A stretch of DNA of 64,000 nt from Yuukianura sp. NJ FZ-2021 (taxonomy: Eukaryota). The first letter of the stretch is position 1. The number at the start of each line of letters is the position of its first letter. The position numbers were made by a program, and so were the translations under genes. Where the stretch lies: assembly GCA_046563655.1 (NCBI GenBank), contig CM102287.1, positions 2,914,001 to 2,978,000 of the forward strand, written 5' to 3'. This document shows, piece after piece, positions 54,501 to 64,000 of the stretch. The notes under the pieces were generated by a model that saw only the letters and a program-made list of their open reading frames with translations, ran no database searches and was not told where the DNA came from.

Positions 54501-57500
54501 TGCAATTTTTGGGTGTGGTTTTTCCCACTTTTTTATGCAGTTGTGAAAAGGAATCTGGAAAAGTTAGTTTTTTTTAACAGTGGAAGTTCTCACGGTGGTT
54601 TTTTGTGTGAGACTTTTTGTTTGTCACAGAGAAAGAATCAGAATGCAATGCAGGCAGAGGAGCAAGCGGTGTGTCGTGTTCATAGATTCTGAATTTTCAA
54701 AAGAACTTTGAAAAGAATTGTTCAAGGTTTCAAAAGTTACATTTTTGTTGTTAAAAGAAAAACAAGCTTTTGTCAATTGTCATTCCGAACACAGAACCAA
54801 AGGAACTCCGCTTCTCATTGTCAATCCACAAGTTAAAATGAAGAAAAAAAAAGATGTAACTTTTCAAAGTTTCAAAAAAAAATATTTTGACATGATCAAA
54901 ATTTGTTTCAATTTGATTGAAAATTTGAATTCCACTTTAATTTGATGGGTTTGAGTACTTCCGGAAGTGGGAGATGAGATTAGAACATCCGAAAAAAGTT
55001 ACTTTTAGCCCCGCCCCCAAATTCCTCCCGAACTCATTTCCGGTTTTCAGTTTTTGAACAGAACCGCACAGCGGCACATGTGCAGTCCAGTTTCTGCTGA
55101 ATTGTCCAACATTTCTATTGTTCTTTTTCATTTCATAGAACAATTGATTTCTTTGAAACTTTTTGAAAACTTTGCCAAAGTTTCGTTTTTGAAACACTTC
55201 CGGTGGATATCCGGTCGTCGAAAGTGTCGAAATTTTCAAAAAGTTCAATTCATTCTCCCCCTTGCTACGACTTTTTTGTGACTCCAAAATTTTCTGGACT
55301 TTGAAAAAAACTTGTTTTCAAAATTGTTATCAATTGTCTGTTTCCTGTTCCTGGACGGCCCCACCCAAAAACTGCGTTCCACCAGAGAAGCCCCACCGGA
55401 ATTTGAAATTTCAAATTCACAATTTCACAACTTAAACTTTACTCACTTCTCAGCCTTGATTTCCGAAAGTGTAGTTTCCAAAACACTAAAGTTTGTGACC
55501 TTCACTTTTTGTCCAAGTTGACCTTGACCTCTCCCCGGAGTTGATTTACATCAGTTGACCTTTGACCTTTCACCTCAAAATTCCTAAGTGTAACTGTATA
55601 CATTAGCGGTTTGTAGTAAATTACCATATTCTGAGAATCGGAAGTCATCAAAAAGGCAGAGGACTGTGTCGGAATTTCAATTGTTCTTTTTTCATGGGAG
55701 AATTTCTCAGGGTCTGACATTTCCTTCGAAATTTTAAAGTCTTCATTCCAAATGCACATCAAGTGAATTGTACTTCAAAGTGAAAATATGTTGACCTTTG
55801 ACCTCTGCACAGGAAATCAGGCTATGAAAACTATGGTAATTTAGAACACAGGAGAGTTTTATGCTCCAACTCCTCCGCCAATTGTTCTCTCTGTGCTATC
55901 ATACGCAATATTTCCTCCACCACACCTTTGTCAGTCATCAGTTCATCAGGTGAAGGTGAACTTGTTACAAATTTAACTTTAAACAATTAACTAAAGTTGA
56001 TTAACAACAATTAAGTCAACTTCAAAGTAGATTTAAAAAGTTTACCGCCAAAAAGTTACACAACTGCTACAATTTTGGCTAAAAGTTGCGAAATTGCAAA
56101 AAAGACGCCGCCGTAGTTTTTAGATGAAGGATTTTTGTGAAATAGAAAAAAGCAGCAGCAGCATGAGCTACGTCCTCAAAAATTCTCACTTGTATCTCAT
56201 TCCTAAGGTAAGATTTCTTGAGAAAAGTTTTTTGAAAAGTCACTTTTGTTCGAAAAAGTTGTCAACACTTAAAGGACTGAAGGATTTAAGGGTACTTAAG
56301 GGTCTGCTGAATGTCGAGTAAAATAGGCGCCTTTATTTGAAAAGTGACCTCTGACCCTTGGATTTTGGTTTGTAAAGTGTCACTTTAATGGACTTCATAA
56401 AAGTTTGTTTGTTTCCTTTGTTCTAAATTTACTTTTTCTTAGAAAAGATTTCGAATATTCTAATGAAGTGTCTAATAAAATTTAAAAGGTTCGGAGCCAG
56501 TTGAAACTTTTATGAAATTCAATTCCCGAAAACTGCTGTAAAAATAAATTTAGGTAGTTCGTCAAAGTGTCTCAGTTTTTGGATTATTTCAAAAACTTCT
56601 ATTAGGTTATAATTTTTGTTAGTTTTATAAAGTTAGGCTAAGAATTTTGTTTAAGTTAAGGTAAAAAGCAGCGAGGATTGACTAGTTAGGTTTACAAATT
56701 GCAAAAAAACGTAACTTTTAGTAAGTAATTGTACTTTTAAACAACTTTTGTAGAAATGGAGCACTAATGAAATTTGAACCATAAACAAAAAGTTGCATAA
56801 ACAAACTTAAAAGTCTGTTAATTTTGAACAATGGAAGAGTTAAAACAAAGGCTTCTGGTTTCCTGACATCTGGAAACAATGAAGTCAAAATTTAGTACAA
56901 AAAGCTTCCTCTTCTATTTCAAAAAACAAAGAAGCAAAAAAGCTTCTCAGTTTTTCAAATTCTGAACAGGAAATGACTGTAGAAAGGAGGAGGACGGAGG
57001 AGCCTATTGGGAATTACGAATTACTTCTGAATTAAAAATTCCAAAAGTATTTCGTGTAATTACGATTGAAAATTCATGAAATATAAAGAACTTGCTGATA
57101 CGTGAACTTTTTTTATTTAAATTTTGCTATATCTTAAAACAGAATAATGTTGACCGGCGTAAAATTTTAACTTGAAAAAACGAAGATTTTTGAAAGTGGA
57201 GCAGAGATTATTGGATGAATGGAGGAAATGAATGAGTGGATGCAACAATCAAAACAACTTGTTCCATCTGGAGATCACTTCCGTCCATTCATTTTCAAAA
57301 TTTCAAAAAACCGGGCATCTTTCAAAAAACCCGCTTTTTTTCAAAGGGTCCCTTTTTAAAGTCTTGGGCTTTAAATTTTCTTAAGCAGAAACTTAAAACT
57401 CCGAATCGGAAGTAACATTTTTTACACACAGCAGACTGGAAGCGGGGGACTTTAAAGATTTTCATCTTAGGCTTCACAGATGTGTTGCAAAGGGCCCCCC

Positions 57501-60500
57501 TCCCTTAGCAGCACATTAGGTTAGGTTCAGCAACAGAGGTTAGGCTAGATTAGGTTAGTTAGGTTACTTGTAGACAGGAAGACGAACAACGCCAAAAGCT
57601 TCTTCCAAAAAGAGAGCCCTTCAAGGGTCCTCGAGGCCCTTTTCCTTCTATGGAAGCCTCTAACACTGTGAGGATTGTCTGATTAGCCTAGCAAAGTTAG
57701 GTTGTAAACGTAGACTATAAAAGGGCCCTTTGTTGATGGAAGATTGGACCTGTTGGATGCATCTGGGGCCCTTGAAGGGCTCTTCGCGGAAGATGGAATG
57801 GCTGATGCCGGTTCCAAAGTAAACAGAGAATACCCGGGTATTTTGTGTTTACATTTTGATGGAAGTGGAAGTGGCTGGTGAGTGGTGGGGCGGATGGAGG
57901 AATGTCAAGGGCTGTGGTCGTCCTACACGCTTGGCTACTCTTCCATGCACAAAATTATACAGCAAAACAAGCGTCTTCTTTACCCTAAATCCACGCATAT
58001 AGCTCACTTTCTAAAAAAATATATATACTATTTAAAAAATAATTAATTTACAAAAATTTATTCTCACTTCTGGAAATTCAATTTTGGAATTTTGAGTTCT
58101 AAGTCAATTTTCTAGAGATAAAGTATTACAACTTTTTGAACTTATTTTTTTTCAAAAAGTGAGTAAAATTTTCTTAAATGATGTCAGCTATTAGGTTAAT
58201 GTTACTATTGTTAGGTTTTTAGACTGAGAAAGCTAAGTTAAAATAATGTTAGGTACCATGTGTGTGATGATTTGGTACGCATTTTAGGTACTGCATAACT
58301 TGAGGTACCCCGGCAGACTAACTTTTGTGTGTTTTTCTTTTTTGCTAGAGTTTTTTTTCTTGGAATTTTTTGTTACCTCACAGCATATTCGAGGAAATAC
58401 GGTACTTTATTTGGAAATCTTTTTTTTTGTGTTTGATCCATGTCTCGTGCGCTTCTGTTTGAAGAGATCTCATTTCCTCCGTCTAAAAATGGACTTGAAA
58501 TGGTCCCTCTGGAACCATTTGGTTACTTTAGGCTGGCATAACCAAATTGTTAAGTTGGAAAAGGAAGAAGGGGAAGCGTTGTTAGTCTTCTTGTCACTCC
58601 AGGCAGACGTCCATGTCACAATTCAGATGATAACACTTAAGTAAGGGCTCTTGTCTCTTTACAAGATGAACATTTCCTTGCATTTGAACACAAAGTTACA
58701 AATTGTAACTTACAAGCCAAGTTACAAGTGTTACAGAAAAGGACATGATTACAGCACTCCTCATTTCTTACATTTTCCAAATTGGAACGGATGCTGACAG
58801 CATGTGGACAAATCAAGGAAGCATTTTTTGTATAAACTGATAGAAAAACGGCCAAAACAGACAAAATTTTTGAAGATTTTCAAAATTCTGAAGAATCGGA
58901 AACCAGAATGTTGAAATTTCAGATTTTCTGCAATGATGGTATCATTCCATTTCAAAATTTTGAAAAATCACATCAAATTTTTCATCAGTTTTTCTTCAGT
59001 TTAATGGTGTATAGTAGTGGTTGAGCAGTAATGTGAAGGTACTTGCGTGTTTTCAGACATTTTTTCGAAATTTTGAAATTTTCAATTTTTTTTTGTAAAT
59101 TTTTTGTGAATGTCAAACTGTGAAGTGCAGACGACTTGAATTTGTGACGCTGTTCACATTATGTGACTTGAATAGTAAATCAGAGTCACGTCCAGGAAAT
59201 GAGAGAGCGTCCACCATACACTATGACTAATACATGTATCCATTTTTATATATAATTGAATTCATATATAATTTTATATAAATATATAATTATTAGGTAC
59301 TTTTCCATTTCAAAATCAAAAAACCGAAACGAAGTTATAAATGGAAGAGCATGCGACTCCAATTACAACTTCCTGTCTCTTTCAGCACTAAATTTCTAAC
59401 GCTGAATCTATACTTTTACCTTTTCCATTTCCGTTCCTCTTCCATTCTCGTTCCATTCCATTACGAATGCATTGTTGTCATCCATACTACAATTGCATTC
59501 CAGTACCATTTCCATGACAGTAGCATTCCATTTTCTATTTCATCAAGCATTCTCGCTGAAAAGTATGGATCGTTCCGTCGATGCACAAATTGGAAGTGCA
59601 TATTTTTCGTATTTTTCTTTAACGTTGGTGCATTTGTGCAAATTTAATTTGCCATAGCAACCCATTTTTCCTCTGTCGCTCCATTGAAGGAATAGAACTG
59701 AGTTGAATGGCACGATGTCACTGGCATGGCAATGGAATGCAACAGGAACGGAAAACTCAAAATGCATTTCCATTCCATTTCCATTCCATCATCGTTCCTC
59801 ATGGAAACCACGAAGCAACGATGGAAAACAAGTATGGATCGTGAAAATGGAAAATGGAATGGAATGCAACGAGAATGGAACGGGAAAACCACGAAGTATG
59901 GATTCAGCGTAACTCATCTTCTGACTCAACGTTTTTCACTTTACCTTTCGAAATTTCAATTTTGAAACTTTTTTTTTGAAAAGTTGACTTCTTTATGTCC
60001 TTGTTTTCTGAATTTTCTGCTTTGAAGAGACTCGTAACTTTTAATTTGGCATTAAATTACAGGTTTTCCCAAATGGAGAGATGTGCCAAAGATCGTAACT
60101 TTAGATTAGCCAGCTCGTCTCCTGGAATTTCCAATTCAGTTCTCACAAGTCTCTGCTCAAATTTCATTCTCAACTTTTCAAAAAAGTGTTTTGAAAAAAC
60201 GTAGTTTGAAGTTGGTAGTTTATGAAGTAGGAGTTGGAAGTTGTCATTTTGGAGGTAAAAGGAAGATTTAAAAATATTTTATGATGTTGTGCCAAAGTCA
60301 ACTGGATGCAGTTGCATGCTATCGCTGCAAAATCGCTGTTTTGTATCTCATGCAACTGCGGATGATGTCGTTAGTCAGATGAAATGTCAATAAAACACGT
60401 CTAAAGACATACTGGAAAAGTTACGGTTGTTGACAAAATCAAACCATAAACTTTTCAGTTTTAGAAAAAAAAAGAGTGAAAAAGAAGCTGAAGCTGAGGA

Positions 60501-62871
60501 AGAAGCTAACATTTGAAGTTTTCATAACAAGCTAACCAAAAACTACAAAAAAAAATCATTTTTTCCTCAAAAGCTTTTTAAAATGTTTAAACGCCAGACA
60601 ATTTTTTTTCAGTTTCACACAAAGTGAAATTGGCTAAACTTAAAGTTAAAAAATTTGGACCATGTTCAGTTTTGTGAAATCGTGTTTTTAAGTCAAGTTT
60701 TAAGATTTAGTTAGGGGAAATGACTTTAGTAATTTTCATTTTGTTCCAAAAACTTTTCATTTTACACAAAAAAAAAATGTGCTTGGACAAAATTGACGCA
60801 AGGTGGAAATGACGCAGGAGGGAGTTACGCAGAAGCAGTTTGGAATTCATACATTTGTTTGTTAGGTTTGCAAATTGTTGGTGATTTGCAAAAATTGTAA
60901 CTTTTCATTGTTCTTTTTTACGCTTGACGTGACTTGCAAGCAAACTTTTTGCAAGTTATGTCTGCTACTTTTGAGTTTTAGTTAGGCTTTTTGGGCGTGG
61001 TTCGGTAATTGTTAAGTGGAAAAATTGTTATTCCGGTTCAAGTGCAAGGACACACTCTGGGCACTAATTCCTTAATTGGACAAAAACTTACAAAAGTACT
61101 ATAAATCAAAAGTACTATTCTTGGTCTAGGCTAATTAACTAACGTTGAACTTAACTGATTTATGATAATTAAAATTAAAATGCTAAAAGTAATCATTACA
61201 CTTTGGAACGCAGGAAATGAAAAAATCGTACCACTGTAATCGATTATTTACGACATCCAGGAGCTTGGAAAAACTTTTTTTTATCCTACTTTTATCTAAG
61301 TGAATACTGGAAAAATCCTGAACGGAATTGAAGAAAAATCTCGTTTTGATTACTTTTGAACTTTCGATTGCTTTAGCACGTGCCGATTACTTTGAACTTT
61401 CGACTACTGAGCTTGTGATTACTTACCAAGTTACGATTAATTACTTGTGGAAAAAACATTCCTTTTCATTAACTTTTACTTTTCGATTACTTTTGACGTT
61501 TCGATTACTTTCAGGTTCCGTTGCGAGTGTATGCTACCACTCTGCGTCCTGACATTCAGTACAAAACAATCGGCGTGACCTCAACTACGACCTGTGAAGA
61601 GGTCATCGGAGCTCTACTCACAAAATGCAAAGTCCGCTTCAAGGATCCACGCCTCTTTCAGTTGTCCATGGAAGTGGAAATCCGCTGTCCCGATGGTTGG
61701 TTTTTACAGTTAAACTTAATTATTATAATTATATTAATTATTTTAATTATTAATTATAATATTTAATTCCAGGATGCAATACCCGAGCTTCAATTAAGTT
61801 AGAAGACAGGGCAATTCCGCTGCATCTGCAAGAGTGCTACCCCAGGGGACAGGCCAAGTTCATTCTCGAGACTAGAACGGGAACTTTAGTCAAAATATTT
61901 GATGAATCTAATACAGTTGGAGTAAGTTTTCAAAAAAAGTTCAAAATTTTGACTTTTTTCAAAATTATGAAACTAATTAGCCTGAACTACTTTGTAATTA
62001 CAGTGGCAGTACAAGAGCGTTTTGATCTCTGAGAAAACGACGGCAAGTGAACTTCTGGATGTTCTGTTTCGTTTCACTTCCAAAACCGTGGAAGATGTTC
62101 ATTTCTATGCGCTCCATTTGGTATGAACGGCTCATTTCAAAAAACTTCAAATTTTTTGAAAAAAAATTTCAAAATTTCAATTTTTTTTAGGAAACGAAAG
62201 ACCGCCGCAGGCCGCTAGCGTGGAACGAATGTATCGTGCCAGCAAGAGATGCAGCAGCAGCTAGTCAGTCGACTTCCGAACAAGTCCGAATTGTACTCAA
62301 ATCTCAAGCAATTCTGCCATTCGGAAGCATTCGGGAACTTCCGACGTCAAATTTTGCGACAAATTTTCTACGCACTTCGACTTTGTCGCTTTACGACAAC
62401 GTAACTCCGCCCTCTCCTCCTCCCGTCCCATTCGAACCTACCTCAGACACAAGTCCACTCACTCCACCACAAATGGAAACTAATACCTTGGTAAATTTCC
62501 AAAATTTCGAAGTATTTCGTAATTAGTAATTCAGGTAATTCGTAATTAGTAATTCGTAATTGTAATTACAGGGCCGACTCCAAATGAAACTACGCAGACG
62601 CAGCAAATCTCTGTCAGACAGTCTCTCCTCGGCATCTAATTCTCCAACGTCGTCGATTTCTCCGACAGAATCTTTTCGCCTAATTTCAAACTCCCGCGTA
62701 ACTCCGAATGCCCGCGTCCCTCCGAATTCAAATTCTCGCGGGGTTTACTCTTCCCCGTTCAATTTTCCCACCATAACAGAGTCAGTTCTGGCCACTTTGT
62801 CTAGCAAATTCGGATCGAGCAGTCGATATGGAAAGTACGATCTGTCAGTGTCAGAGGCATTTTTTGTTTGA
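51579..62871 (+). CDS. Ras-association (RA) domain protein (first exon 51579-51863 or 56163-56207; then 61515-61695, 61773-61921, 62004-62120, 62191-62490, 62572-62871)
   Basis: [54 protein letters not shown], and a second RA-like repeat [28 protein letters not shown]. Splice phases are consistent. Confidence 0.72.
53164..53988 (-). CDS. Small secreted protein with a short C-terminal collagen triple helix, nested antisense in an intron (exons 53988-53903, 53810-53741, 53656-53615, 53530-53489, 53409-53164)
   Basis: Signal peptide [14 protein letters not shown]. Five exons join in frame through canonical sites. 14 uninterrupted Gly-X-Y triplets (GDP...GEI) then A*. Confidence 0.75.
57601..57793. 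repeat. Small imperfect inverted repeat (possible MITE relic)
   Basis: TCTTCCAAAAAGAGAGCCCTTCAAGGGTCC versus the reverse complement of GGGGCCCTTGAAGGGCTCTTCGCGGAAGA. Confidence 0.45.
59400..59909. mobile_element. PIF/Harbinger-like MITE (510 bp)
   Basis: TIR CGCTGAATC(T/C)ATACTT with one mismatch. TAA TSD at 59397-59399 and 59910-59912. Interior rich in inverted CCATT / AATGG motifs. Confidence 0.7.
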
Positions 62872-64000
62872 AATTTCGAAAAAAAAAAAAAGCTGAGGGG
62901 TTAGAAACTGCTGTTCTAAAAAGTGTTTTCTAAAGTGTTTTTCTAAAAACTTTTTTTTAGATTCTGTCTTCTATAGGTTCTAAGATATACATTTTTAAGC
63001 TTCTGGTCAAAGCAAATGATCCATGTCAATCTAATTAACATATGAAAAATCTCCGTTTTTGTCATAAATATCAAAGTTTAATAAAATATTTACTAATCAA
63101 TCATGTACAAAACCAATTTTGAAAAAATTTGGAAATTTTGAAACTTTTTTTGAAGAGAAAATTCTATCAAAAGTTGGAGCGATGTTCAAAGTTTAAAGTT
63201 TTTTGACAAGTCATGTCATTTTCTTGCCAGGTCAAAGGTGACGCTTGTGTTACAACATTTTGTTAGTCAATATTTTCACGAAGCAAATCAGTTTTTGATT
63301 TCAAAAATTGCGTAATTTCTTCAACTTTAGAGAAAAACAAACATCACATGCTTTGATGCTTGATTGTCATCAAAGGACATAAAAGTTAACTAAACTTTAA
63401 ACTAGTTAACTAATGATGCAAATCTGCACGAGGTCAAATTGGCACTAAGAATTTCCAAGGTCAAAGGTCACGCTTACACGCTTTTCAGACGTGGAGCTAC
63501 GTGGAATCCGTTTCCGACAAAGTCTGTGGATTAGTCAAAACAGTCGTTTCTAAATAGTAAGTTTAAAGTTAAAGTTCAAATGAAAAGTTAATGTTAATTT
63601 AAATTTTATGTGTAGTTTGAATTAATCTTTGGAAATTTGAGCATGATGGGATGATGGAAAGATCCGCTTGGAGTTGCGTCATGTCACGCCTTCCTTGATA
63701 ACTCATTTTTATGAAACCTAGTTAAAGTTAACCATGTTCATAGTTAACTTCACATTTAAGTTTTGTCATGAGTTGACACTTTATCTAATCTGTCCACTTT
63801 GCTACTTGCTGTGCTTTTGCTGCTCGATCCACTTCAAAAAGTTGAAAATGAAGTGATTCTGGTCAGTATAAAACCAGGGCAGAACGAGTTAGTCGGTCCT
63901 TTCAAAACTTTTTCAAGTTTTCAGAACAACTTTTGTTGTTTTCAAAAAAAACTTCCAAAAAATGACTCTCACAACTGAACAAATTGTTCCCCAGGGGGAG

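Noticed and set aside
61340..61512. Short degenerate tandem motifs (TTCGATTACTTT; similar ones at about 14127-14180, 17080-17115, 51950-52030)
   Set aside because: Ordinary intronic slippage repeats with no higher-order structure.

Overview
Compact, AT-rich eukaryotic genomic DNA with many short (about 50-90 nt) introns, probably from an arthropod or other invertebrate (inferred, not determined). Genes in order: MCCC2 (+, 5' end outside the window), KANSL3 (-), STK40 (+), an orphan single-TM ORF (+), LIN54 (-), TOMM22 (+), IDI1 (+), a PECR-like SDR (+), a reeler/DOMON-like protein (-), an intronless GT92 glycosyltransferase (+), an ETNPPL/PHYKPL-like class-III PLP enzyme (-), and a Ras-association-domain gene (+) whose long intron holds an antisense mini-collagen gene. 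Mobile DNA: a young full-length Ty3/Gypsy element (24291-31122, apparently identical 493-bp LTRs, GTAG TSD) nested in a MULE-like MITE upstream of the LIN54 start codon; a 1.2-kb foldback element inserted in a dispersed repeat of about 1.1 kb; and several small MITE-like relics. Most notable: the Gypsy element carries a third, non-env ORF after pol. It is split by a canonical spliceosomal intron, has its own TATA/Inr-like motifs and encodes a second CCHC zinc knuckle. The element also has a clear slippery-site plus pseudoknot -1 frameshift signal. Also notable are convergent genes with overlapping stop codons and an IDI1 with both a mitochondrial-like presequence and a PTS1-like end. All gene models and family calls were made by eye from remembered motifs, without database searches.
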